Part shown: positions 1 through 9,771 of the stretch, in pieces
How the letters are laid out: every line of letters starts with the position of its first letter
Position numbering within the stretch: the stretch's first letter is position 1
Source: Candidatus Aenigmatarchaeota archaeon
Lineage (GTDB): Archaea > Aenigmatarchaeota > Aenigmatarchaeia > PWEA01
DNA: 64,000 nucleotides
Assembly (NCBI GenBank): GCA_046539305.1
Contig: JBKHHE010000002.1
Span: 35,928-99,927, forward strand
Direction: 5' to 3'
The notes under the pieces: model-generated
Database searches by the model: none
What the model saw: the letters and a program-made list of their open reading frames with translations, nothing else
What the model was told of the DNA's origin: nothing
Program-made: the position numbers and the translations under genes

Positions 1-175
1 TGAGAAGAGGCCTCTTGAAGACCGCAGACACGCCCTTGAAAGGGAGCTGGAACAGGGCAGGACGATAACCAGGTATACAAGAAGGTCGTATCTATCCCCA
101 AAGGAAGCGGAGTGGATATACAAGAAGACCAAAGACGACTACACCAACGACATATTTGAATGCTTCCCGGACGAG

Positions 176-1816
176 GTGGAGGACATAACGGAACCACATA
201 TAAGCAGAAATGCAACTATCGAAAACGTGTCCTACGGAGAGGGAGATGAAGACGTCCTCGACGAAGCTGAGGTCGGGATCTACGACGATGTGCTCGTCAT
301 GCAGAGCACCAAGTTCAGGAGCGATACCACGACCCTCAAGAGTTTGGAGGAGGGTGAGGAGGAGGTCCTCTACAGAAGGCTGATATCCAAGGTTAGGAAC
401 GAGGCCGAAGACAGCGTCCCCGAACTCCTTCTCACGCCCCACGGAGCCGGAGGTTTCGATGTAAAAAGGATAAACACCACGCCCGAATACAAGGAGCTGG
501 GGGGCGAAGAGAGGGACGCACCCGAGGTTTCAACGATAATGCCGCTTCCTACTTTCCAGTCCGTCGACAAACTTCTGGAGTTCAAGGACAAGGGCATAAG
601 GAACTGGAACACCAAGAGGATAGACAAACATATGCACGCGTCCGGAGCCGTGATTCAGACGGTCCTCGAAGATGGTTCCGAAATGACGGAGTATATAGAC
701 CACTCTTCACTGGTGGATATAGCGGAGAAGAAAAAAGAACTGGAGAAATACGAGGAGGGGAGTGAGGAATATGAGGAAGTGAAGGGAGAGATTGAGAAAA
801 TGTGCTCAAAGACCCCGAAAGTGAGAGCAGGGCTCTTCGATGCCCACCTAGGAAGCGCAAACGTCCCCGGAACCCCTTCGAACTACGAGAGAGCCGAAAG
901 GACGAAAAACTACCTGAAGGAGGTCTACGGTGACTTTGTAGACGAGCTGCTGTTTTCCGAGCTGATACATGGCGTACTGGAACACACAGGAACTGAACAA
1001 AGGGTCTATTCCGAGCCGCTCCCCCAGATAAGGAAGAAGAACAAAGAGGATTTGAGAAAGCTCACGGATGAGGAGGCGGAGGAACTTACCCAGGAGGACT
1101 ACGCCGAGGTCATCGAAGATATAGACAGGAGGTACAAGGAGGCCCTGGAACAGATATCCTGGCCCAACAGGAGCAAGCAGTTCGATATAGCGGAACACTA
1201 CGTGAAGGAACTTGTGGAGGGCACCGACCCGGAAAAGGTGATAAACATTTCCGGGAACCACGACCGTTCGGACGAAGGTGTGGACGAGGCAACAACCCTT
1301 GAAAGGATTATCAAGGGATTCGACTGGGAAGGTGAAATAATAAACTCGAGCGCCTTCGGAAGTAAACACGGTGGCTATGGAGGAATAAAGGACGAGAAGG
1401 TGATTATTGATGGAGAGGAAATGAGCACCGGGAAGTCGGTGGGGTTCCACCACAAGATTCCAGGTGGGAGGACCTCAAACACGAGGACGAAGAGGAAGAT
1501 GCTGAGAAGTGGATACATGTTCGACGAGCTGTTTGCGGGCCATGTCCACCAGCCAAGGGTAAGCTTCACATCGGGAACGGCCATCACGATATTTCCGGGG
1601 CAGGAGGGGTTGAGCGAATACGTTGAGCATCTGCCTGTGAACCCCGCGGTCTACGGAACCACAGTCAAGTATTCGAACGCCGCCCCAGAGGACCATCCAG
1701 CAAACGACATAATCTGGCACGGCTGGCACTTCGTCAACGACGAGACACTGGAAAGAGAAGAATACAAGGGCGACGAGTTCGACGAAGAACTTGAGCTCCT
1801 GTTCGAAGAGGAGTAG
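176..1816 (+). CDS. Acidic calcineurin-like metallophosphoesterase (DAH...GDFVD...GNHD...GHVH motifs); reading frame is open upstream to the window edge, so possibly 5'-partial
   Basis: ORF track; motifs LFDAHLGS, YGDFVDE, SGNHD, AGHVHQ visible in translation; no in-frame stop between nt 2 and 176. Confidence 0.5.
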   Translation: MEDITEPHISRNATIENVSYGEGDEDVLDEAEVGIYDDVLVMQSTKFRSDTTTLKSLEEGEEEVLYRRLISKVRNEAEDSVPELLLTPHGAGGFDVKRINTTPEYKELGGEERDAPEVSTIMPLPTFQSVDKLLEFKDKGIRNWNTKRIDKHMHASGAVIQTVLEDGSEMTEYIDHSSLVDIAEKKKELEKYEEGSEEYEEVKGEIEKMCSKTPKVRAGLFDAHLGSANVPGTPSNYERAERTKNYLKEVYGDFVDELLFSELIHGVLEHTGTEQRVYSEPLPQIRKKNKEDLRKLTDEEAEELTQEDYAEVIEDIDRRYKEALEQISWPNRSKQFDIAEHYVKELVEGTDPEKVINISGNHDRSDEGVDEATTLERIIKGFDWEGEIINSSAFGSKHGGYGGIKDEKVIIDGEEMSTGKSVGFHHKIPGGRTSNTRTKRKMLRSGYMFDELFAGHVHQPRVSFTSGTAITIFPGQEGLSEYVEHLPVNPAVYGTTVKYSNAAPEDHPANDIIWHGWHFVNDETLEREEYKGDEFDEELELLFEEE

Positions 1817-1824
1817 CCAACTTT

Positions 1825-2481
1825 CTAAAGCTCGGATTTTATGGCTTCGACTATCTCTCTCGGCTTGGTCACGATGTAATCAGGGTTTTCCGCCTCCAGA
1901 TCTTTCCTCGGTCGAAAGCCCCATGTCACGCCCACGGATTTCACCCCGGCCCTGTGGGCTGCCTGAATATCGGTTGGCTGGTCTCCTACGTACACCGCGT
2001 CTTCGGGGGTGCGGGCCATCCTTTCCACGCAGACCTTTATCATCTTCGGGTCGGGTTTGAGATGCTCGCCGACCTGGCTGTGAGTCACAACGGAAGTGAA
2101 ATACTTTTTCAGGCCGTACTGTTCCAACTTTTCGGAAATCACTTCCTCCCGGTTAGACGAGACGATTCCAAGTATATGTCTCGACGTGTGGAGCTCCTCC
2201 AAAACGTTCTTGATTCCTCCTTTCAGGGGAACATCCTGCTGCCTCATGTAGTCATGGAAAAGCTCGATTATCTTACCCTTGTCCTCCTCCCAGTTGAAGC
2301 CAAAACTTTCGTAGAGTTCTGTGAACGGTTCCCTGAAATTTCTTCTGAGTCCCTCAGGATCTGAAAAGGGATAATCTTTGCCGAACTGCTCGCAGCAGTA
2401 GTTCAGCCAGTCATGCGTAACGCCAAGGCTGTCCACGATAACACCGTCCCAGTCGAAGATAACCGCCTCTGGCATACTCAC
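1825..2481 (-). CDS. HAD-superfamily hydrolase (phosphatase)
   Basis: N-terminal DWDGV motif I, later S/K and GDxxxD motifs typical of HAD phosphatases. Confidence 0.8.
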   Translation of the reverse strand: MSMPEAVIFDWDGVIVDSLGVTHDWLNYCCEQFGKDYPFSDPEGLRRNFREPFTELYESFGFNWEEDKGKIIELFHDYMRQQDVPLKGGIKNVLEELHTSRHILGIVSSNREEVISEKLEQYGLKKYFTSVVTHSQVGEHLKPDPKMIKVCVERMARTPEDAVYVGDQPTDIQAAHRAGVKSVGVTWGFRPRKDLEAENPDYIVTKPREIVEAIKSEL

Positions 2482-2507
2482 CCACTTGGTTCCGAAGAAA
2501 TAAAAAT

Positions 2508-3380
2508 TTGGCTGTGTTTTTTATAACTGCATCCTCAGGGATAAATGGTATGAAGCATCCCAGAAGCGTCATATTCAGGATAGCAGAAAAGATAGGAAAA
2601 CATTCAGGTGAAGGGATAGCAAACTTTTTCAAGCCCATCAACAGAAAGCTCCTGAGGACGTTCTCCGAGCTTACCTTTCCCTTCCAGTCCGACGTCTTCA
2701 CGGCACGAGTCAACGGCACCTCAACGAGCTACTTCGTGAAGGACCCACAGGAACTCACCACGCTCCGGTGGAACTTCATATATGAAAAAAAGGTGCGAGA
2801 TGGCGTGCTCACCTCCCTGAGAGAGGAGGACGTTTTCTACGACGTCGGCGCGAACCTAGGCACCTACTCCCTTCCTGTAGCACAGAAGCTGGGCGAAGGG
2901 GCGATATACGCCTTCGAGCCGTTCAGGAAGAACATGGACAGACTCAAAGAGAACGCAGAGCTGAACGGCCTGGAAATTAACCTCTTTCCTCTTGCGCTCT
3001 CGGACACAAACGGAACCGCGGAGATGGAAGTCTTCAGCGACAGACCAGGCGAGACGAAGAACAGGCTGTCCCGGGGAAGGACCGGAAGGAAGACGGTAAA
3101 AGTCGAAACGAGGAGATGTGACGACCTGATAGAGGAAAGGGGGCTCGACAAGCCGGACGTGGTAAAGATAGATGTGGAAGGAGCTGAACTTGAAGTGCTC
3201 AGAGGTATGGAGGAAAGCCTAGAAAACTGCAGGCTTATATACTGTGAAGTCCACAAGGAGGGGTTGGAGGAGAGGAAAAGTTCAAGGGAGGAACTGTTAA
3301 AACTATTGCATGACTATGGCTTCGACCTGGGGGTCATACACAGAAGGGGAGGAGACCTGGAAATAAAGGGAGAAAAATAA
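2508..3380 (+). CDS. FkbM-family SAM-dependent methyltransferase
   Basis: DVGANLGTYS...YAFEP motif arrangement typical of FkbM methyltransferases. Confidence 0.55.
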   Translation: MAVFFITASSGINGMKHPRSVIFRIAEKIGKHSGEGIANFFKPINRKLLRTFSELTFPFQSDVFTARVNGTSTSYFVKDPQELTTLRWNFIYEKKVRDGVLTSLREEDVFYDVGANLGTYSLPVAQKLGEGAIYAFEPFRKNMDRLKENAELNGLEINLFPLALSDTNGTAEMEVFSDRPGETKNRLSRGRTGRKTVKVETRRCDDLIEERGLDKPDVVKIDVEGAELEVLRGMEESLENCRLIYCEVHKEGLEERKSSREELLKLLHDYGFDLGVIHRRGGDLEIKGEK

Positions 3381-3621
3381 AAGTCAGAAGCCGTTCAGTC
3401 CATTCCTCTTGAGGCGCTCCCTTACGTAGCACTCCGTACAGACGATTCCTTTCCCGTTTTCGAAACGCCTGCCTGTCGGCCTCCACGACTTCCCACACTC
3501 ACTGCAGATCGGCAAGTTCTCACCTGAAACAACAAAGTAAGTCGGCAGACTTATAAATTTTTCTGAGTCCCTCGCACAACATTTAAATATATAAAGGATA
3601 AACTTAAGGAAGTGTTTCGAA

Positions 3622-3786
3622 ATGGAGCTGAAATGCAACTCTTGCGGCGTGAATATGGTGGGCAAGGAAGATTTCGTAAAATTTAAATGTCCAAGTTGTG
3701 GGGAGACTGAAATAATACGCTGCAGGAAGTGCCGGAGGAAGAAAAACAAGTACCGCTGCGAGGAATGTGGTTTCGAGGGACCGTGA
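3622..3786 (+). CDS. Small zinc-ribbon protein, 54 aa, two CxxC pairs
   Basis: Hand translation MELKCNSCGVNMVGKEDFVKFKCPSCGETEIIRCRKCRRKKNKYRCEECGFEGP; TATA-like tttaaatatataaagg about 25 bp upstream; below the 60-aa cutoff of the ORF track. Confidence 0.45.
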   Translation: MELKCNSCGVNMVGKEDFVKFKCPSCGETEIIRCRKCRRKKNKYRCEECGFEGP

Positions 3787-3827
3787 CCTTTAAATCAGTT
3801 CAGCTCTGAAACAAACAAGGTGTCTGT

Positions 3828-4253
3828 ATGCCCGGAATGTTTGCAGCTCGAAAACTTAAGAAGGACAGGAAGAAGTTCCGCTGGAAGGAAAAGGACTACA
3901 AGGACAGGATGACCCAGTTCAAGGAGAAAAGGGAGCCCCTGGAAGGAGCTCCACAGGCCAAAGGAATAGTCCTGGAAAAGCGAGGAGTCGAAGCTATGCA
4001 GCCTAACTCCGCTCTCAGGAAATGTGTGAGGATCCAGCTTTTGAAGAACGGGAAGCGCATCACTGCTTTCTGTCCGGGCGACGGCGCGATAGAGCATATA
4101 GACGAGCACGACGAAGTTCTTATTGAAGGTCTGGGTGGCTCCGGGAAGGGAGCCAAAGGCGATATTCCTGGTGTGAGGTGGAAGGTAATAAAGGTAAACG
4201 GCGTCTCCTTAAAGGAACTGGTAGCAGGAAGGGCCGAGAAACCTACGAGATGA
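3828..4253 (+). CDS. rps12: 30S ribosomal protein S12
   Basis: Conserved S12 sequence ([27 protein letters not shown]...). Confidence 0.92.
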   Translation: MPGMFAARKLKKDRKKFRWKEKDYKDRMTQFKEKREPLEGAPQAKGIVLEKRGVEAMQPNSALRKCVRIQLLKNGKRITAFCPGDGAIEHIDEHDEVLIEGLGGSGKGAKGDIPGVRWKVIKVNGVSLKELVAGRAEKPTR

Positions 4254-4259
4254 TAAACT

Positions 4260-4853
4260 ATGAAACTGTTTGATCGCTGGGACGTCGAGGGAATAGAGCC
4301 GGAGGATCCAGGGCTCAAAGACCACATAAACCTGGAACCTATGCTCGCTCCGAAAAAGTCACACGGCAGGCACGCCGCCGACCGTTTTACTAAAAGTGAA
4401 GTAAATCTCGTGGAGAGGCTTATGAACCACCTGATGGGGCCCGGACACCGAGGGAAAAAACATAAGGTAAGCTCCGGTAACTGTGGAGGGAAATCTCGGA
4501 AGGTCTGGGATATAACCAAGGAGACTTTTTCCATAATAAAGGAAAGGGAGGACGAAAATCCTTTGCGAGTCCTCCTCGGAGCCGTGGAAAATACCGCGCC
4601 CGTCGAGGAAGTATCCTCCTACCAGGTCGGTTCTATAATCAAGAGGAAGGCCGTGATAACCTCTCCGCAGAGACGGATCGACATTTCCCTGAGACACATC
4701 GCACAGGGCGCATACTCCAACTCCGTGGGCTCGGAAAAGGAAATGGCGGAGTGTCTGGCAGAAGAAATACTTGCGGCATACAACAAAGAGAGGGAATCCT
4801 ACGCCTTCAGGCAAAAAGAGCGCCTAGAAAGGGAAGCAGAAGGCGCGAGGTAA
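4260..4853 (+). CDS. rps7: 30S ribosomal protein S7
   Basis: Archaeal S7 homology; follows S12 as in the str operon. Confidence 0.9.
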   Translation: MKLFDRWDVEGIEPEDPGLKDHINLEPMLAPKKSHGRHAADRFTKSEVNLVERLMNHLMGPGHRGKKHKVSSGNCGGKSRKVWDITKETFSIIKEREDENPLRVLLGAVENTAPVEEVSSYQVGSIIKRKAVITSPQRRIDISLRHIAQGAYSNSVGSEKEMAECLAEEILAAYNKERESYAFRQKERLEREAEGAR

Positions 4854-4874
4854 GACACCTCCACTAAATATACT

Positions 4875-7073
4875 GTGATGAATATGGCCAAAGAAAAACT
4901 GGCTGAACGTGTGAAGAAGCTGATGAGCCAGCAGAAGCAAATCCGTAACATCGGTACAGCGGCGCACATAGACCACGGAAAGACGACGCTGACCGACAAC
5001 CTCCTGGCCGGCGCTGGGATGATTTCGGACGAACTTGCAGGAGATCAACTGTTCATGGACTACGACGACCAGGAGCAGGAGAGGGGGATAACCATCTACT
5101 CTGCAAACGTCTCGATGGTTCATGATTTCAAAGGGGACGACTACCTGATAAACCTGATCGATACGCCGGGCCACGTTGATTTCGGAGGGGACGTAACAAG
5201 GGCGATGCGCGCCGTGGACGGCGTGATAATTCTGACCTGTGCGGTGGAGGGAGTGATGCCACAGACAGAGACAGTGATACAGCAGGCGCTCAAGGAAAGG
5301 GTCAAGCCTATTCTCTTCATAAACAAGGTTGACCGTCTCATAAACGAGCTTGAGCTGGACGCCGAGGGAATGCAGGAGAAGTTCATGAAGATTATAAGGG
5401 AGGTAAACAACCTCATAAGGAAGTACGCGGAGGACGAGTACAAGGACAAGTGGACGGTTTCCGTGGACGACGGCTCTGTAATGTTCGGCTCCGCTCTCAA
5501 GAACTGGGCAATTTCAAAGCCTTACATGAAAGAAACCGGGATAACCTTCAAGGATATACAGGAGAAGTGCTCCAAAGAAAAACACAAGGAGCTTTGGAAG
5601 GAGGCACCACTTCACCAAATTGTCCTCAACGGCATAATAAGACACCTTCCAAATCCAAAAAAGGCGCAGAACTACAGGATACCCAAAATCTGGCCCGGTG
5701 ATGAGGAATCCCAGGCGGGGAAAGATATGAAAGGCTGCGACGCCGATGGTGAGCTGGCGGCCATAACAACTAAGGTATATAACGACCCGCACGCAGGCTC
5801 TGTAGCGACGGGAAGAGTATTTTCAGGCGCGCTGACCGAAGGGCAGGAGGTTCATTTGGTAGGACAGCACAAGGACGAAAGAATACAGCAGGTCTGCATC
5901 TACAAGGGCCAGGAAAGGGTGCAGATGGACGAGGTCCAGGCAGGGAATATAATAGGCCTTGTAGGTGTTCCTGATGCTTTTTCGGGGGAGACCATATGCA
6001 ACCCCGACTACAAGATAGATCCGTTTGAGGAGATAAAACACGTCTTCGAGCCCGTGGTGACAAAGGCCGTAGAAGCAAAGAAGACCAAAGACCTTCCCGA
6101 CCTCGTGCAGTTTCTAAGGAAGGCCAGCAGGGAAGACCCTACCCTCTTGGTAGAGATAGACGAAGAAACGGGAGAACATCTCGTTTCGGGACTTGGAGAA
6201 CTACATATCCAGGCAAAAGTGGAGAAAGGTCTACAGGAAGAAGGTATACCTGTGGAAACCTCACCGCCGATAGTTGTCTACAGGGAAACCCTGAAGGGTG
6301 AGAGCAATACCCTAGAAGGCAAAAGCCCAAACAAGCACAATAAGTTCTACTTTGAAGTGGAGCCCCTCGACGACGACGTGTACGAGGCGATAGCAGGAGA
6401 TGAGATACAAGAGGGGGAATACAAGGGCAAGGACAGCGACCTTGCGAACAAACTGAAGGACCTGGGAATGGATGACGACGATGCCGAGGGAGTTGAACTG
6501 ATAAAGGAGAAGAACATATTTACCGATGCAACCAAAGGAATTCAGTACCTGAATGACACTATAGAGCTTGTCAGGGAAGCTGTGAGAGATATAATAGAGG
6601 AAGGTCCTCTCGCAAGAGAGCCGTGCTCCAAGATACTGATAAGGCTCGTGGACGCAAAGCTGCACGAGGACGCCATACATAGAGGGCCGGCACAGGTGAC
6701 TCCTGCAGTCAGGCACGCCGTGAAAAACGCAATCCTTTCGTCAAAGCCCACCCTACTGGAGCCAAAACAGATCCTGAGGGTCGAGGCGCCACAAGAACAT
6801 ATGGGAAACGTGATGACCGAGGTGCAGAACAGGAGGGGTGAAGTTATAAACGTGGACACAGAGCAGGGAACTGCAGTCCTAAAGGTGAAACTACCCGTGG
6901 AGGAGATGTTTGGTTTTGAGGGCGAGCTGAAGTCGGCAACGGAGGGAAAGGGTTTCTACTACCTCAAGGACGTTCTATTCGAGTACATGCCCGACAGTCT
7001 CAAGGACGAGCGTATTAAGGATATCAGAGAGAGAAAGGGCCTGGGCCGGGAAGTTCCGCAGCCCGAGGCATGA
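4875..7073 (+). CDS. fusA: Elongation factor 2 (aEF-2)
   Basis: GTPase motifs AHIDHGKTT, DTPGHVDF, NKVD; full-length EF-2 architecture. Confidence 0.95.
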   Translation: MMNMAKEKLAERVKKLMSQQKQIRNIGTAAHIDHGKTTLTDNLLAGAGMISDELAGDQLFMDYDDQEQERGITIYSANVSMVHDFKGDDYLINLIDTPGHVDFGGDVTRAMRAVDGVIILTCAVEGVMPQTETVIQQALKERVKPILFINKVDRLINELELDAEGMQEKFMKIIREVNNLIRKYAEDEYKDKWTVSVDDGSVMFGSALKNWAISKPYMKETGITFKDIQEKCSKEKHKELWKEAPLHQIVLNGIIRHLPNPKKAQNYRIPKIWPGDEESQAGKDMKGCDADGELAAITTKVYNDPHAGSVATGRVFSGALTEGQEVHLVGQHKDERIQQVCIYKGQERVQMDEVQAGNIIGLVGVPDAFSGETICNPDYKIDPFEEIKHVFEPVVTKAVEAKKTKDLPDLVQFLRKASREDPTLLVEIDEETGEHLVSGLGELHIQAKVEKGLQEEGIPVETSPPIVVYRETLKGESNTLEGKSPNKHNKFYFEVEPLDDDVYEAIAGDEIQEGEYKGKDSDLANKLKDLGMDDDDAEGVELIKEKNIFTDATKGIQYLNDTIELVREAVRDIIEEGPLAREPCSKILIRLVDAKLHEDAIHRGPAQVTPAVRHAVKNAILSSKPTLLEPKQILRVEAPQEHMGNVMTEVQNRRGEVINVDTEQGTAVLKVKLPVEEMFGFEGELKSATEGKGFYYLKDVLFEYMPDSLKDERIKDIRERKGLGREVPQPEA

Positions 7074-7153
7074 AGCTTATAAAGGAGTATTTATAAAGGA
7101 AAAACACACATTACAAGGGGGGTATCTCCCACCATTCAAAAGGAGGTGTGAAT

Positions 7154-8422
7154 ATGGCAGACAAACCACATTTGAACCTGGTCACGATAGGCCACGTAGA
7201 TCACGGTAAGTCCACGTTAGTCGGACACCTGCTCTACGACACAGGAGACCTACCGGACAAGGAATACCAGAAGCTGGAAGAAGCTGCGAAGGAAGCCGGG
7301 AAAGAAACATTTGGCTTTGCCTTCGCGCTGGACAGCCTCAAGGAAGAAAGGGAAAGAGGTGTGACTATCGATGTCGCGCACCAGGAGTTCGAGACCGATA
7401 ACTACCACTTTACAGTTATCGATGCACCGGGACATAGAGACTTCGTGAAGAACATGATCACAGGAGCCTCACAGGCAGACGCAGCTCTGCTCGTGGTTTC
7501 CGCTAAGGACGGCGTACAGGACCAAACGAAGGAGCACAGCTACCTGGCAAAGGTTCTCGGTGTTGACCAGCTCATCGTAGCGATCAACAAGATGGACACC
7601 GTTGACTACTCCGAGGACAAGTTCGAGGAAGTGAAGGAAGAAGTGAAGGACCTCCTCAAGAGTATAGGCTTCGACCCGAGTGACATGCCTTTCGTCCCGA
7701 CCTCGGCGTACTACGGAGACAACGTCGCCGAGCCCAAGGACGAGATGGACTGGTACGGTGGTCCCACGGTTCACGAAGTTCTGGACGACTTGGAAGAACC
7801 AACGAAGCCCGTGGATAAGCCCATGAGGACTCCGATCCAGGACGTCTACACCATTACAGGTGTCGGAACGGTCCCGGTCGGAAGAGTAGAAACAGGAAAG
7901 CTGAGGAAAGGAGACGAAGTTCTGTTCCTGCCCTCTGATGTCACGGGAGAGGTCAAGTCCATCGAGATGCACCACGAGGAAATTGAGGAAGCCGAAGCGG
8001 GAGACAACATCGGTTTCAACACCAGAGGAATTTCCAAGGAAGACGTCAAGAGAGGTGATGTAGCCTGTGATCCGGACAATCCTGTGACCGTAGCAAAGGA
8101 GTTCAAGGCCCAGATAATCGTCATGGAACATCCCAACGTCATCGCAGAGGGATACACGCCTGTGTTCCACTGTAACACCGCACAGACAGCCTCCAAGTTC
8201 ATAGACCTTGAGAAGAAGATAGACTCAAAGACAGGAGAAACTTTGGAAGAGGACCCGGACTACATTAAGACAGGAGATTCCGCAGTGGTCAAGATCAGGC
8301 CTACAGAGCCTATGGCGATTGAGGAACAGAGTGAGTTCCCGGAGCTGAGCAGGTTCGCGATCAGAGACATGGGCAAGACCGTGGCTGCAGGAATATGCAT
8401 AGAAGTGACCGAAGAGGCCTAA
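7154..8422 (+). CDS. tuf: Elongation factor 1-alpha
   Basis: [21 protein letters not shown]...DAPGHRDF...NKMD; GGAGGTG Shine-Dalgarno 7 nt upstream of ATG 7154. Confidence 0.95.
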   Translation: MADKPHLNLVTIGHVDHGKSTLVGHLLYDTGDLPDKEYQKLEEAAKEAGKETFGFAFALDSLKEERERGVTIDVAHQEFETDNYHFTVIDAPGHRDFVKNMITGASQADAALLVVSAKDGVQDQTKEHSYLAKVLGVDQLIVAINKMDTVDYSEDKFEEVKEEVKDLLKSIGFDPSDMPFVPTSAYYGDNVAEPKDEMDWYGGPTVHEVLDDLEEPTKPVDKPMRTPIQDVYTITGVGTVPVGRVETGKLRKGDEVLFLPSDVTGEVKSIEMHHEEIEEAEAGDNIGFNTRGISKEDVKRGDVACDPDNPVTVAKEFKAQIIVMEHPNVIAEGYTPVFHCNTAQTASKFIDLEKKIDSKTGETLEEDPDYIKTGDSAVVKIRPTEPMAIEEQSEFPELSRFAIRDMGKTVAAGICIEVTEEA

Positions 8423-8440
8423 AACCCACCCCAATTTTTT

Positions 8441-8456
8441 ATTTTAACCCATCATT
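8441..8456 (+). terminator. Oligo-T tract after tuf (archaeal-type intrinsic terminator)
   Basis: CCCCAATTTTTTATTTTAACC directly after the tuf stop. Confidence 0.35.
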
Positions 8457-8534
8457 ATTCTCTTTTTCTTTTGAACGACCAAAAGCTATTTAAATTCTTA
8501 CATTCCAAAGTCGTGTGATAGATTCGGTGATAAC

Positions 8535-8858
8535 ATGCCCGGGAAGGCCAGGATAAATCTCGCAGGAAGAAATCATGAGGTCCTCGAAGAGATATGCAGT
8601 AGAATCACGAGCATTGCGGAGAAATATGGCGTAGCCTACTCCGGCCCGATTCCACTCCCGACGAAAGAACTGAAGGTTCCCGTCATGAAGACGCCTTCAG
8701 GCCAGGGCACTGGACACGGCAACGCAACGTGGGACCACTACGAACTCCGCATCCATAAAAGACTCATAGAGATGGAAGCAAACAAGCGCGCGCTCCGTCG
8801 GATAATGGGAACCGACATCCCGGAGGACGTTAACATCGAGATAGAGCTCGAGGAATAG
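8535..8858 (+). CDS. rps10: 30S ribosomal protein S10
   Basis: S10 homology (ARINLAGRNHEVLEEICSRI...). Confidence 0.9.
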   Translation: MPGKARINLAGRNHEVLEEICSRITSIAEKYGVAYSGPIPLPTKELKVPVMKTPSGQGTGHGNATWDHYELRIHKRLIEMEANKRALRRIMGTDIPEDVNIEIELEE

Positions 8859-8899
8859 TCCTTTAAAATATTTAAATTTCTATCTATTTATCTAGTACA

Positions 8900-9448
8900 A
8901 TGCTCAAAGAAATCAAAGAATATGAGGAAGTGAAGTTCAGTTGTGCAGGTTCGGACACTCAAGAAAAAAGGGAAAGCCTGGTGAAGGAAATAGCAGAGAG
9001 ATCCGGTCTTTCGAGGGGAGAGGCAAAGGAATATTACGACTTCATAATAACCGATCGGAACTACAAGCCTCTTTTTAACTCTCCTCCCGAGAAGAACGGT
9101 TGTCTGCTTCTGGGATACGAGGAGGAAGACTTTGAGGAACTTTTCTACGAAGAAGACGGTCTTCTTACGAAATCGATGAAAAAACTGATGCCGCAGCCTC
9201 TCAAAAAGAAATTTGATGAGCTTAGAACCTTTGCTGAAGCAAGAGTAGGCTACGTTCTCACACCCGAGGCAGGGGAGAGAATTATAGAAAAAGACAGTGG
9301 AGGTGGTTGGCCTGTGGGACCTGAAGATGACAGGAAGAAAATTGAAGAATATCTGAGCATAGGGCTCCTTGATGCTGGGATAAACAGGTTCGGTCAGTTC
9401 ACAGTCAAGACAAGCGAAAAGGCTGAAAATCTTCTTCAGAATTCTTAA
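8900..9448 (+). CDS. Hypothetical acidic protein
   Basis: ORF only; no recognisable motifs. Confidence 0.35.
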   Translation: MLKEIKEYEEVKFSCAGSDTQEKRESLVKEIAERSGLSRGEAKEYYDFIITDRNYKPLFNSPPEKNGCLLLGYEEEDFEELFYEEDGLLTKSMKKLMPQPLKKKFDELRTFAEARVGYVLTPEAGERIIEKDSGGGWPVGPEDDRKKIEEYLSIGLLDAGINRFGQFTVKTSEKAENLLQNS

Positions 9449-9530
9449 ATAATTTAAACCTCAAGACCAATTCTTGGAAGGAAGACAACTATGAGGTGGA
9501 CGTGATTTTCAATCACGTCAGTTTTTAGTC

Positions 9531-9669
9531 GCCGGGGTAGCGAAGCCTGGCCCACCGCGCCAGCTTGGAGACCTGAACAGAAAGCTGGTGTGCGTTATAA
9601 GATTGATGTGGTCTCGGACCACATCCTATGGCGAAGCACGCGTGGGTTCAAATCCCACCCCCGGCGCCA
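9531..9669 (+). tRNA. tRNA-Ser (anticodon GGA, class II); about 12-nt insertion after position 37 and an enlarged variable region holding a 9-bp hairpin. CCA is encoded
   Basis: Acceptor GCCGGGG/CCCCGGC; anticodon arm CCAGC-TTGGAGA...GCTGG; T-arm GTGGG-TTCAAAT-CCCAC; G discriminator then CCA. Confidence 0.65.
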
Positions 9670-9771
9670 GTTTATATTTTTCTGTTTAGAGAATGAGACC
9701 TGTTTCAGAAAATCGAAATCTGTCCAAAGTTTCCTGTGAGGTAGGGTTGTACAAAAATCAAACGCTAGGGA

